A stretch of 64,000 bases of DNA from Bacillota bacterium (GTDB taxonomy: Bacteria > Bacillota > Clostridia > Christensenellales > UMGS416), in the NCBI GenBank assembly GCA_016281935.1, contig JAEEJN010000111.1, positions 4,742-68,741 on the forward strand. Reading direction: 5' to 3'. Positions 9,498-18,951 of this stretch are shown one piece after another. Below the pieces are notes generated by a model. It ran no database searches. It was given only the letters and a program-made list of their open reading frames with translations, and was not told the origin of the DNA. Positions within the stretch are counted from its first letter, which is position 1, and every line of letters begins with the position of its first letter. Made by a program: the position numbers and the translations under genes.

Positions 9498-10700
9498 CTA
9501 TCTGCGCATCATCTGGTCCATGACACGGATGGCTTCCTGCAGCTGGTTGTCGTCTTCTCCCCCGAAGATCCAGGATTCCTTCAAAGCGTCCGACGGCTCC
9601 ACCACGATGTCAGGCGTGATCCCGACGTCCTGCGGGCAGTGTCCTCCGGCCGTGAAATACTGGCTGTCCGTGATCTTCACGACACCCTTGCCGTCCGTTC
9701 CGTAGAAACGCTGCGCCGTGCCTTTTCCGAAGGTCTGGACGCCCATGATCGTCGCCATGCCGGTATCCTGCAGGCTTCCGCTCATGAGTTCGGATGCAGA
9801 CGCGCTGTATTCGTTGACCAGAACGATCGTCGGAAGTCCGAGGCAGTTTGCATCGCTTCTGTCGACTTCTTCATTTCCATATCTGTCGCGGAGCGTGATG
9901 ATCGGGCCTTCCGGCATCAGCATGTCCGCGATATGGCAGACAAGGTTCTTGGATCCTCCGGGATTGTTGCGAAGGTCGATGATCAGGCCCTTGGCGCCTC
10001 CATCCGTCACCAGCGTCTTGACGGCGTTCCTGAAGTCCGTATCAACGGACCCGGAGAACTGTAGGATGCGGATATAGGCGATCTGTCCCGGCAGCATCTC
10101 CGATGACAGATAGCGGGTCGTCACTTCCCGGCGTTCTACGGAGACCGTGTAGGGCTCTCCGCGCCGTTCGAACGTGAGGGATACGAAGGTCCCCTTCTCG
10201 CCCCGGACGATGGAGGCGATCATCGTCGTGTCGTAGCCTTCGATCGACTGCCCTTCCACATGCGTCAGGACGTCGCCGGGCTTGATACCGGCTTCCTCTG
10301 CGGGAGACCCGTCAAAAACCGACGTCACGATCACGGTGCCGCCGGATTCGATCTGCTGGATCGACACGCCGATGCCCACGTAGCTTCCTTCTTCTTCCTG
10401 AAGGTATTCCTCATACTCTTCTTCCGTGAAATAATAGGCATATTTGTCGCCGATCTCCTGTGTGATGCCTTTAAGCGCGGCCTGCATCAGCTCCTCTTCG
10501 CTGTGCTCTTTATAGGAGTGTTCCTGGATGATGTCCATGACCTGACTGAGCTCATGGAAACTCCGGACGTTCCCTGAATCCGCAAAGGCCGTGACGCCGC
10601 TCCTGCCCTTGATGAAAAGAAGCGTCAACGCCACACTGACGACCGCCGCGGCTACCGCCAGAAGGATCGAACCGAGTACCGCACTGCTTTTCCGAACCAT
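9498..10700 (-). CDS. ctpA: S41 family C-terminal processing peptidase with PDZ domain
   Basis: ORF trimmed to the ATG at 10700 (SD GGAGGA 4 nt upstream), giving MVRKSS + TM. PDZ block (GIKPGDVLTHVEG) and catalytic NEYSASASE. Confidence 0.85.
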   Translation of the reverse strand: MVRKSSAVLGSILLAVAAAVVSVALTLLFIKGRSGVTAFADSGNVRSFHELSQVMDIIQEHSYKEHSEEELMQAALKGITQEIGDKYAYYFTEEEYEEYLQEEEGSYVGIGVSIQQIESGGTVIVTSVFDGSPAEEAGIKPGDVLTHVEGQSIEGYDTTMIASIVRGEKGTFVSLTFERRGEPYTVSVERREVTTRYLSSEMLPGQIAYIRILQFSGSVDTDFRNAVKTLVTDGGAKGLIIDLRNNPGGSKNLVCHIADMLMPEGPIITLRDRYGNEEVDRSDANCLGLPTIVLVNEYSASASELMSGSLQDTGMATIMGVQTFGKGTAQRFYGTDGKGVVKITDSQYFTAGGHCPQDVGITPDIVVEPSDALKESWIFGGEDDNQLQEAIRVMDQMMRR

Positions 10701-10811
10701 TGATTCCTCCAAACGCGGCCTTCGGCCGCAGAAAGATAGGGTTATTATAATCGATTCACGGAAAAAAGGCAAAAAGGCGGAAGGCATCCGCTGTTCTCCT
10801 CTTTTCGGGTA

Positions 10812-10840
10812 CGGAAAGACCCGCCGTTCCGGCGGGTCCT
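10812..10840 (-). terminator. rho-independent terminator after potD
   Basis: GACCCGCCG-TTC-CGGCGGGTC; on the minus strand it is followed by TCTTTCC. Confidence 0.6.
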
Positions 10841-10869
10841 TCGTTATTCTCTGACTTTTCGGAGCCGGC

Positions 10870-11913
10870 TCATTCCCCGACCTTGGCCAGAACTTCCGTC
10901 CAGATCACGTCGTAGAGCTTGTTCTTCTCTCCCATGGTGGAAAAGATCTCCAGTTTGTATTTGGACAGATCCGGATAGGCATAGGGATTGTTCCCGTCTT
11001 CCATCTGCTCGCGCGCGGCGGTGGAAGGAGAAGAATACCCGATATAGTCCGCATTGCGGGCTGCGATGTCGGGACGGCACATGAAGTTGATGAACGCTTC
11101 GGCGCCTTCCATGTTCTTGCAGTTCTTGGGAACGCACATCGCATCATAGAAGATGTTGCTGCCTTCCTTGGGGATGATGTAGGTCAGATCTTCGTTGTAG
11201 TCGATGCAGTAAACGGCATCGCCCGCATAAACGAGGGCCAGCGCGGCTTCGCCCGCGATCATCTTGTCCTTGGTCTCATCCATGAAATAACCGAGGACCA
11301 GGGGGCTCTGCTCGATCAGGAGATCCTTGGCCTGCTGCAGTTCCTGATCGTCCATGGAGTTCAGGCTGTAGCCGAGGGATTTGAGCGCGGCGCCGATCGC
11401 ATCACGCTGGGAATACATCATGATGATGCTGCCGGCATACTTCTCATCCCACAGAGCGGACCAGGAGTCGATCTCCCCGTCGACCATCTTGGTGTTGTAG
11501 AGGATGCCCAGAGTGCCCCACATATAGGGAACGCTGTATTCGTTGTTCGGGTCATATCCGAGGGAAAGGAATTCCTTGTCGATGTACTTCAGGTTCTCGA
11601 TGTGGCTCATGTCGATCTTGGCGAGCATATCCTCGGCCACCATGCGCTCGATCATGTAGTCCGAGGGGAAGATCACGTCGTAGCTGGCATTGGAGTTGGC
11701 CAGTTTCGTATACAGGTCTTCGTTGGTCTCGTACATTTCGTAGCGGACGGTGTAGCCCGTCTCCTTCTCGAAATCCTTGGTCACGTCGGGATCGATATAA
11801 TCCCCCCAGTTGTACACACGGACGATCTTGGATTCATCCTTGCAGCCCGCGAGTCCCATGGCGGCGCCTGCGATCATCAGCAGCGCCAGTACCAGTGTCA
11901 TGAGTTTGCGCAT
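10870..11913 (-). CDS. potD: spermidine/putrescine ABC transporter substrate-binding lipoprotein
   Basis: True start MRKLMTLVLALLMIAGAAMGLAGC (lipobox) at 11913, overlapping the potC stop (TGATG). The upstream part of the 575-aa ORF is out-of-frame read-through of potC. Confidence 0.9.
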   Translation of the reverse strand: MRKLMTLVLALLMIAGAAMGLAGCKDESKIVRVYNWGDYIDPDVTKDFEKETGYTVRYEMYETNEDLYTKLANSNASYDVIFPSDYMIERMVAEDMLAKIDMSHIENLKYIDKEFLSLGYDPNNEYSVPYMWGTLGILYNTKMVDGEIDSWSALWDEKYAGSIIMMYSQRDAIGAALKSLGYSLNSMDDQELQQAKDLLIEQSPLVLGYFMDETKDKMIAGEAALALVYAGDAVYCIDYNEDLTYIIPKEGSNIFYDAMCVPKNCKNMEGAEAFINFMCRPDIAARNADYIGYSSPSTAAREQMEDGNNPYAYPDLSKYKLEIFSTMGEKNKLYDVIWTEVLAKVGE

Positions 11914-12713
11914 CAGTTTGTTCCTTTCCTGTTCTTTTGTTTGTCCTGATTCATGGACCTCAGGTTCGTATAGAGTAGAATGGCCAGAATGACCAGATAC
12001 ATGATGGTCGAAAGCGCGTTGATCGTAGGAGAGATCCCCCGCTTTGCCATCGTGTAGATCTTGATGGAGAGGTTCTGCACGCCGTTGCCCGTCGTGAAGA
12101 ACGATACGATGAAGTCGTCGATCGAAAGGGTCAGCGCCATGAAGAAGCCGGACACGATGCCGGGCATGATGTCGGGGATCATGATCTTGCGCATCGCGAG
12201 TCCCGGCGTCGCGCCGAGATCCAGAGCGGCTTCGAACTTGCTGTAGTCGAACTGCCGGATCTTGGGCATGACGGAGAACAGCACGTACGGTATGCAGAAA
12301 GTGATATGGGACAGGAGCAGCGTCGCGAACCCGAGTTCCATTTTCAGCATGGTGAAAAGGATCAGGAGCGAAACGCCCGTCACGATATCCGCGTTGAGCA
12401 TGGGGATGTAGGCGACCGTCATGATCGACGTGGAGGTGAATCTCCGCATGGAATTCATGCCGATGGCCGCCACGGTGGCGATGATCGTGGAGATGATCGC
12501 TGCCAGGAACGCACACAGGAGCGTGGTCCCCAGAGATGTGATCATTTCCGAATCCTGGAAGAGCGCCTGATACCATTTCAGGGAAAAGCCCTGCCATACG
12601 GCGCGTGATTTGCTCTCGTTGAAGGAATAGACGATAAGGCAGAGGATCGGGAGCTGCAGGAAGGCGACGATCAGTCCCACGTAGATCTTGCCGAGGACGG
12701 AAGTCTTCTTCAT
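11913..12713 (-). CDS. potC: spermidine/putrescine ABC transporter permease
   Basis: 266 aa, multi-TM, with an EAALDLGA permease loop. Confidence 0.9.
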   Translation of the reverse strand: MKKTSVLGKIYVGLIVAFLQLPILCLIVYSFNESKSRAVWQGFSLKWYQALFQDSEMITSLGTTLLCAFLAAIISTIIATVAAIGMNSMRRFTSTSIMTVAYIPMLNADIVTGVSLLILFTMLKMELGFATLLLSHITFCIPYVLFSVMPKIRQFDYSKFEAALDLGATPGLAMRKIMIPDIMPGIVSGFFMALTLSIDDFIVSFFTTGNGVQNLSIKIYTMAKRGISPTINALSTIMYLVILAILLYTNLRSMNQDKQKNRKGTN

Positions 12714-13555
12714 CAGAGGATCACGCCCCTTTCATCCACATCGCTCTTGTCCACCTTGTTCATGAGGACCATCATGGAGATGATGACGATCATGACGATG
12801 ACGGAGACTGCGGAACCAAAGTGCCAGTCCGAAACGACCCGGAACTGACGCTCGATGATGTCGCCGACCAGAGGGACCTTGCCTCCGCCCATGAGCTGGG
12901 ACACGACGAAGGTCGTGACCGACGGCACGAAAGTCATCGTGATGCCTGAAATGACGCCGGGAACGGAGAACGGCACCACGATCCTCAGGAAGCGCTGGAC
13001 AGGCGTCGCGCCAAGATCGTAAGCAGCCTCCAGCAGGGAATCATCCATTTTCAGGAGCACGTTCTGGATCGGAAGGATCATGAAGGGCAGGAAGTTGTAG
13101 ACCGTACCGAAGATGACAGAACCTTCGCTGTACAGGAACTGGATCCGCTCGATGCCGAACTGTCCAAGGATCCGGTTCACCAGTCCGGAATTCTCAAGGA
13201 TGCTCAGCCATGCATAGGTGCGCAGAAGGAAATTCATCCACATGGGGAGCATGAGGAGCAGCATGACGATCGTACGGAACCTTTCCGTTCCTCGTGCGCA
13301 GATGTACGCGACGGGATATCCCAGCACGAGGCAGATGACCGTGGCGTAGAGCGCGATCTTGATGCTCCTGAGAAAGACCTTGAGATAAGTCTCGTCTGCG
13401 AACCTCGCGAAGTTGGAGAGCGAGAAAACGAGATTCCCGTCAGGTCCCGTGACCGTGACACCGTAATAGACGATGACGCCGATGGGGATCAGTACGAACA
13501 CAAGGAGCCAGATCGCCATAGGCAGCGCCAGAAGCGCGGATTTCTGTTTTTTCAC
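12713..13555 (-). CDS. potB: spermidine/putrescine ABC transporter permease
   Basis: 280 aa, multi-TM, with an EAAYDLGA loop. Overlaps neighbouring genes. Confidence 0.9.
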   Translation of the reverse strand: MKKQKSALLALPMAIWLLVFVLIPIGVIVYYGVTVTGPDGNLVFSLSNFARFADETYLKVFLRSIKIALYATVICLVLGYPVAYICARGTERFRTIVMLLLMLPMWMNFLLRTYAWLSILENSGLVNRILGQFGIERIQFLYSEGSVIFGTVYNFLPFMILPIQNVLLKMDDSLLEAAYDLGATPVQRFLRIVVPFSVPGVISGITMTFVPSVTTFVVSQLMGGGKVPLVGDIIERQFRVVSDWHFGSAVSVIVMIVIISMMVLMNKVDKSDVDERGVIL

Positions 13556-14655
13556 GGCCGCACCTCCAGTCTCACACGCTGCGCCTTCTTTGCAGCGATG
13601 AGCGTGGGCGTCAGATCGCTCGGTTCCATGACCTGGATGTTTTCGGGCGTGACGTCGATGGACACAGAGGAGCCGGGTTCCACATATCGTGTCGACTGGG
13701 ACACGATGAGATCTTCGCCGCAGACGATGCGCATCTCGTAATGCACACCCTTGAAGATGGAGGAAACGACGGTGCCCGAAGGCCTGTCCTCCCGTACGGG
13801 GATCAGTTCGACGTCTTCCGGCCTGAGAACGATGTCCACAGGCTTGTTTTCGCCGAATCCGGTATCGATGCAGGGGAAACGCCTGCCGAGGAATTCCACT
13901 TCGTAATCCCTGATCATCGTGGCCTTCAGGATATTGCTCTCTCCGATGAAGTCCGCGACGAAGGAGTTTTTCGGCTCATTGTAGATGTCCTGAGGCGTTC
14001 CGATCTGCTGGATCTTGCCGTCGTTCATGACGACGATCGTATCGGACATGGTCAGCGCTTCTTCCTGGTCGTGCGTGACATAGAGGAATGTGATGCCGGA
14101 CTCGACCTGGATATGCTTGAGTTCGATCTGCATCTCCTTGCGGAGCTTCAGGTCGAGCGCGCCGAGCGGCTCGTCCAGGAGCAGGACGTCGGGACGGTTG
14201 ATCAGGGCACGGGCCACAGCCACGCGCTGCTGCTGACCGCCGGACAGAGTATCGATCCTGCGGTTTCCGTAACCGCTGAGATTCACCAGGGCCAGCATCT
14301 CGTCCACCTGACGGTCAATTTCCTTTTTGCTCAGCTTCTTGCTGAGCGTCGGTCCGAAAGCGATGTTTTCACCGACGGTCATGCTGGGGAAAAGCGCATA
14401 GCGCTGAAAAACCGTATTGATGTTGCGCTTGTAAGGAGGCAGATCGTTGATCCGCGTACCGCGGTAGAACACGTCTCCTTCCGCAGGAGATTCAAAGCCG
14501 CCGACGATACGGAGCGTAGTCGTCTTGCCGCAGCCGGAAGGGCCCAGCAGTGTCAGGAACTCATTCTGGTTGATGTACAGATTCAGATGCTCCAGGACCT
14601 GCAGATCTCCGTAATTCTTGGAGATGTTCTTCAGTTCGATGATGTGTTCATCCAT
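13552..14655 (-). CDS. potA: spermidine/putrescine ABC transporter ATP-binding protein
   Basis: 367 aa with [17 protein letters not shown] and LLLDEP, plus a C-terminal TOBE-like domain. Confidence 0.92.
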   Translation of the reverse strand: MDEHIIELKNISKNYGDLQVLEHLNLYINQNEFLTLLGPSGCGKTTTLRIVGGFESPAEGDVFYRGTRINDLPPYKRNINTVFQRYALFPSMTVGENIAFGPTLSKKLSKKEIDRQVDEMLALVNLSGYGNRRIDTLSGGQQQRVAVARALINRPDVLLLDEPLGALDLKLRKEMQIELKHIQVESGITFLYVTHDQEEALTMSDTIVVMNDGKIQQIGTPQDIYNEPKNSFVADFIGESNILKATMIRDYEVEFLGRRFPCIDTGFGENKPVDIVLRPEDVELIPVREDRPSGTVVSSIFKGVHYEMRIVCGEDLIVSQSTRYVEPGSSVSIDVTPENIQVMEPSDLTPTLIAAKKAQRVRLEVRP

Positions 14656-14735
14656 AGCGGATTGCCTCCATGAGGGATATTGGATATCGGCCCTGCCGTC
14701 GTCTGCCGATTGTCCCGCGGCAGAACGGGTTTTTC

Positions 14736-15278
14736 TCAGAACGTCGGAGGATCAGAGACCCAGAGGATCGTCGCGTTTGTCTTTTCGCCGTTGCGGATAT
14801 AGTGTTCCTGATCGGCTTTATAGTAAAAAGCGTCTCCCTTTTTCAGCCGGAAACGCCGCATGCCCAGATACAGGCTCGGGCTTCCAGACAGCACATACCC
14901 GAATTCCTCGCCGGAATGCGGATCGTCTCTGCGGGAAGACGCGCCCGGAGGCAGCTGAAGCAGGATCGGCTCCATGTCGTGGGCCTGCGCGGTCGTCACG
15001 AGCCAGGTGATCGTTCCACCGTCTTCCAGTTCCTTGTCGAACATATCATCTTTGTGGAACACGGGTGATTCCTTTCCCGTATTGGAAAAGAACTCGGCAA
15101 AGGTCACGCCGAGGACGTCGAGGATATCTCCGAGCGTTTCAAGGCTCGGCGCCGCCTGATCGGTCTCAAGCTGGGATATAAATCCCTTGGACAGATCGCA
15201 GCGGTCGCCCAGTTCTTTCTGGGTCAGACCTCTGAGCATCCGGAGAGCCCGGATGCGTTCTCCAACCGCTATATTCAT
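14736..15278 (-). CDS. XRE-family HTH transcriptional regulator with C-terminal cupin domain (PuuR-like)
   Basis: 180 aa. N-terminal HTH ([30 protein letters not shown]) plus a cupin block ([10 protein letters not shown]...KKGDAFYY). No terminator before potA, so probably co-transcribed with it. Confidence 0.85.
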   Translation of the reverse strand: MNIAVGERIRALRMLRGLTQKELGDRCDLSKGFISQLETDQAAPSLETLGDILDVLGVTFAEFFSNTGKESPVFHKDDMFDKELEDGGTITWLVTTAQAHDMEPILLQLPPGASSRRDDPHSGEEFGYVLSGSPSLYLGMRRFRLKKGDAFYYKADQEHYIRNGEKTNATILWVSDPPTF

Positions 15279-15334
15279 ATCCCAACCTCCCGGGATTTGT
15301 CCTGCTAAACTTTTGGGTTAATGATACGGGATTC

Positions 15335-15363
15335 ATTGTATCAGTCATATATAGATGCGTCAA
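15335..15363 (-). promoter_or_regulatory. sigma-A-type promoter of the XRE-cupin/pot operon
   Basis: Minus-strand TTGACG (15358-15363) - 17 nt - TACAAT (15335-15340). The inverted repeat TGATAC-N10-GTATCA (15322-15343) overlaps the -10. Confidence 0.55.
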
Positions 15364-15730
15364 TACATTTCCCTGCCGATTTCACGCATTCTTTTTTGGA
15401 GTTTCCTCCATCCGGGCCGCATTCTGCAGCAGTCGATGATTCCGGCCTTTCACGGCAGTCTGCCGGTACTCTTCCCAGAGCATGGCATTCCCACGGTCCC
15501 GTGAGGAAGCGGATAACAGGAATACTAAACTGGAAATTCATTTTTGCCATTCCCGGAAAAGCAGATTCTTCTTCCTCTCCACGCTTCGGATCCGGATCAG
15601 CTGTATAAGGGATCCGCGTTCCGTCCTCTCTGCATGAAGGGGACCGGTCAGGAACAGGCTCTGGACATCACTTTCAACGATGAATGAGCGAGCATACGGG
15701 CTGCGCTGTCTGATTCAAGCTGAATGCCGT

Positions 15731-16101
15731 TGTGGATATCCGGACCGAATTCCATGACCTATGTACAGAAAATGCCGAGTTATCCCCAAAACCGGATTGT
15801 ACCGTCCACGCTCTTTTTCTTTTTGGCCATAACTCAAAAAAACCCATTGCACAGGGAAAATTTTTATGTTACAATAGGTGACGTTCAGAAATTGCGGGGC
15901 TGTTTCGGCCCCCATTTTTCACTCTATGGAGCGGAAAACTGTGGATAACTCTGTGGATAACTTTCGCTCTGTTTTCTCTGTCCCCGTGTCTTCACATCCC
16001 GGATCACCCTTTGGATTGTGGTCTTTCGGAATCGGAGACCACAGGATATGGTAGTCGGATTTTTCAGTCCTCCGAAAGAGTCTGTGAACAAGTTATCCAC
16101 A
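15731..16101. other. oriC part 1: DnaA-box cluster upstream of dnaA
   Basis: Perfect TTATCCACA boxes at 15940-15948 (rc), 15952-15960 (rc) and 16093-16101. One-mismatch boxes at 15731-15739 (rc, ATATCCACA) and 15780-15788 (TTATCCCCA). A/T-rich tract at 15836-15880. Confidence 0.85.
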
Positions 16102-16126
16102 TCCCGCCGCCGTCCGTGCGGCATAT

Positions 16127-17488
16127 ATGACAGGAGGTCTCCCCTTGCCCGAAAGACTTGACCCCAACTGGCCCGTCTGGACCCAGACGAGGGATCTGAT
16201 AGAGCGTCAGGTGCAGAAGGTCTCGTTCACGACCTGGATCGAGCCCATCGTTCCCTATGCTCTCGATCAGCAGGAATTGTATCTGCTGATGCCGAATTTT
16301 TACGTGCGGAATTTCGTGGAAGGCAAATACGCCGCCCTGATCGAAAGCGCTCTGACCCAGGTCTCTTCCAAGACCTACAAGCTCCATTTCCTGACGCCGG
16401 ACGACAGCCGTTCTGTGTCTCTGGAAGAAAAGCGCGACGAACAGGAACCCGTCAATCCTTCCCCCAGCCTGATGCTGAACCCGAAATATACCTTCGACAA
16501 TTTCGTGATCGGCAACTCAAACCGTTTCGCACACGCCGCGGCCCTGGCCGTTGCGGAAGCGCCTGCTCAGGCCTACAACCCGCTTTTCATCTACGGCGGC
16601 GTAGGTCTCGGAAAAACGCATCTGCTGCATGCCATCGGACAGTTCATCCGTGAATCGAATCCAAAAGCCAAGATCCTATATGTTTCTTCGGAGAAATTCA
16701 CTTATGAACTGATCGCCGCGATCCATTCCAACACGCAGGCTGCCTTCCGCGCCCGCTACCGCAATGTCGACGTCCTCATGATCGACGACATCCAGTTCAT
16801 CGCGGCCAAGGACGCCACGCAGGAAGAGCTGTTCCATACCTTCAACGAGCTGCACGACGCCAATAAGCAGATCATCTTTTCATCGGATAAACCTCCGAAA
16901 GAGCTCAAATCCATGGAAGAACGTCTTCGCAGCCGTTTCGAATGGGGCCTCATCGCGGACATCCAACCTCCGGATCTCGAGACCCGGATCGCCATCCTGA
17001 TCAAAAAAGCCGAAGCAGAAGGCTGGCTCAATCCGAATCCCGATGTTCTGGAGTTCATTGCGACGCACAGCGAGAACAATATCCGCGAACTGGAAGGCGC
17101 ACTCACGCGCACGCTGGCCTATGCCAGAGTCTCCGGAGCGCCCCTGGATGTTTCCTGTGCCCAGGAAGCCCTCAAGGACCTGCTGAACCAGAGCGCAGGA
17201 AAACGCGCTACGCCCGAAAACATCGTCAAGATCGTCGCCACCTGGTACGGGATCACGCCGGACGATCTCATGGCGCGCAAACGCAACGCAGAGATTGTAC
17301 AGCCCCGTATGGTCGCCATGTACCTGACGCGTGAACTGACCGACATGTCCCTGACTGCGATCGGAGACTTCTTCGGACGCGACCACACGACCGTACATCA
17401 CGCGTACAAAACGATCTCCGAAGACTATGCAAGGGATACGGAGCTTCGGTCGCTCATCGCTTCCATCCGGAACCAGCTGAACGCATAA
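16127..17488 (+). CDS. dnaA: chromosomal replication initiator protein DnaA
   Basis: 453 aa with GGVGLGKTHLLHAI (Walker A), DDIQF and a C-terminal RDHTTVHHAY DNA-binding helix. An in-frame TTG at 16145 with AGGAGG 7 nt upstream is a plausible alternative start. Confidence 0.95.
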   Translation: MTGGLPLPERLDPNWPVWTQTRDLIERQVQKVSFTTWIEPIVPYALDQQELYLLMPNFYVRNFVEGKYAALIESALTQVSSKTYKLHFLTPDDSRSVSLEEKRDEQEPVNPSPSLMLNPKYTFDNFVIGNSNRFAHAAALAVAEAPAQAYNPLFIYGGVGLGKTHLLHAIGQFIRESNPKAKILYVSSEKFTYELIAAIHSNTQAAFRARYRNVDVLMIDDIQFIAAKDATQEELFHTFNELHDANKQIIFSSDKPPKELKSMEERLRSRFEWGLIADIQPPDLETRIAILIKKAEAEGWLNPNPDVLEFIATHSENNIRELEGALTRTLAYARVSGAPLDVSCAQEALKDLLNQSAGKRATPENIVKIVATWYGITPDDLMARKRNAEIVQPRMVAMYLTRELTDMSLTAIGDFFGRDHTTVHHAYKTISEDYARDTELRSLIASIRNQLNA

Positions 17489-17570
17489 GCACTGCATAAT
17501 CCCTGCATATCCAAAGGATCCGGATCCGGTTTGTCCGAAAAAAACGGGATTCCGGCTCCTGCATAAGAGT

Positions 17571-17782
17571 TTATCCACAGCTTTGGGATAAACCCTCCCG
17601 GAAAACTTTTCATATGTGTTCCCGGAGCGAAGCCCCACCGTCCGGAATCGTTACGGAGAAGAGAGTTTTCTCTGTCTGACTGACAGGCGGTTTTGGATAA
17701 GCAGCTGATAATCCTCCGTTTTCCCAAACGGATATCAAACTGATTTTTCCCATGATTTCGGGAAAATCGGACGTTATTCACA
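17571..17782. other. oriC part 2: DnaA boxes in the dnaA-dnaN spacer
   Basis: Perfect TTATCCACA at 17571-17579. One-mismatch boxes at 17692-17700 (rc, TTATCCAAA) and 17774-17782 (TTATTCACA), followed by the A/T-rich ACAAAAATCAAAATCC. Confidence 0.75.
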
Positions 17783-17850
17783 AAAATCAAAATCCTACTG
17801 CCCCAACCCCTTTTTTGGAAGGTGGAACAAGGCACGCAAAGGAGGCCCCC

Positions 17851-18951
17851 ATGCATATCAGAATCCACAAAGACGATCTCGTCAACGCACTCACAACCGT
17901 CGGCAAAGCTCTTCCTTCCCGCACGGTGCTGGCTTCCCTTGAAGGCATCTTCATGGAAGTCTATCAGGACGGACTGCATCTCGTCGCTACCGATCTTCAG
18001 AAAGGCATCGAGACGACGATCCCCGCCGAAGTCGTGGAAGAAGGTTCTCTCGTAGCACCCGGCCGGCTCTTTACAGATATCTGCCGAAGGCTCCCGGAAG
18101 AAGAGATCGAGATTCTTTCGGATGAAAAACAGATGGAGATTCATTCCGGTTCTTCCGTCACGAAACTTTCCGTCATGGACGCTCAGGAGTATCCTCAGCT
18201 CCCCCTGGTGGAAGGTGTCTCCCCGATCATCGTACCGCAGAACACACTTCGCGACATGATCCGTCAGACTGCCTATGCGGCTTCCCTGGATGAGACCCGC
18301 ATGATTCTGACCGGCGTTGCTGTGGAGTGTGAAGGCACGAGACTCCGCATGATCGCGCTAGACGGCTTCCGCATGGCTATGCGGACCGTGGCACTGGACC
18401 GTGATTACGAGCTCCAGAAAGCTGTCGTCCCCGCTGCATACTTCAATGAGATCACAAGGATCCTGGATGCTTCCGACGAACCGACCCAGCTTTTCCTGAC
18501 GAAAACCCATCTGGCTCTCGTCGTGGGACAAACCCGCTTCATCGGAAGACTGCTCGAAGGCGAATATATCAAATATCAGCAGATCCTTCCGACGCAGTGG
18601 CAGACCCGTATGGTCGTCGATACGTCTGAATTCGCGCAGGCAGTGGAACGCGCCGCGATCCTTGCCCGCGAGAGCCGCAATAACCTGATCCGTCTCCTCA
18701 TCAGTCAGGACAGGATGACCCTGAGAGCGGAAAGCGAAGTCGGTGTCGTGACAGAAGATATAGGGATCGTATCTGAAGGACCTGAGATCGAAATCGCCTT
18801 CAATTCTGCCTATATCAGCGATCTGCTGAAGAATCTGGACGTACCGGAGGTCGCCCTCTGCTTCCAGAGCAATATCTCTCCCTGTGTGGCCCGTCCCGTG
18901 GAGGGTGAAGACTTCCTGTATCTGGTGCTTCCTGTCAGAATCTACGCCTGA
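17851..18951 (+). CDS. dnaN: DNA polymerase III beta sliding clamp
   Basis: ORF trimmed to the ATG at 17851 (SD AAAGGAGG), giving MHIRIHKDDLVNAL... About 366 aa with a typical DnaN N-terminus and length. Confidence 0.93.
   Translation: MHIRIHKDDLVNALTTVGKALPSRTVLASLEGIFMEVYQDGLHLVATDLQKGIETTIPAEVVEEGSLVAPGRLFTDICRRLPEEEIEILSDEKQMEIHSGSSVTKLSVMDAQEYPQLPLVEGVSPIIVPQNTLRDMIRQTAYAASLDETRMILTGVAVECEGTRLRMIALDGFRMAMRTVALDRDYELQKAVVPAAYFNEITRILDASDEPTQLFLTKTHLALVVGQTRFIGRLLEGEYIKYQQILPTQWQTRMVVDTSEFAQAVERAAILARESRNNLIRLLISQDRMTLRAESEVGVVTEDIGIVSEGPEIEIAFNSAYISDLLKNLDVPEVALCFQSNISPCVARPVEGEDFLYLVLPVRIYA

Noticed and set aside
10870-12597. A 575-aa ORF that looks like a large fusion protein upstream of PotD.
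   Set aside because: Only the last 347 aa (from MRKLMTLV… with its lipobox) are PotD. The N-terminal 228 aa are an out-of-frame reading of potC (His/Arg/Asp-rich with no motifs). The real start at 11913 overlaps the potC stop.
15341-15550. A 69-aa minus-strand ORF (MAKMNFQF…) in the origin-proximal spacer as a possible small protein (rpmH-like?).
   Set aside because: It has no SD, its composition is unlike L34 (which is Lys/Arg-rich and ~44 aa), and it overlaps an equally unconvincing plus-strand ORF.
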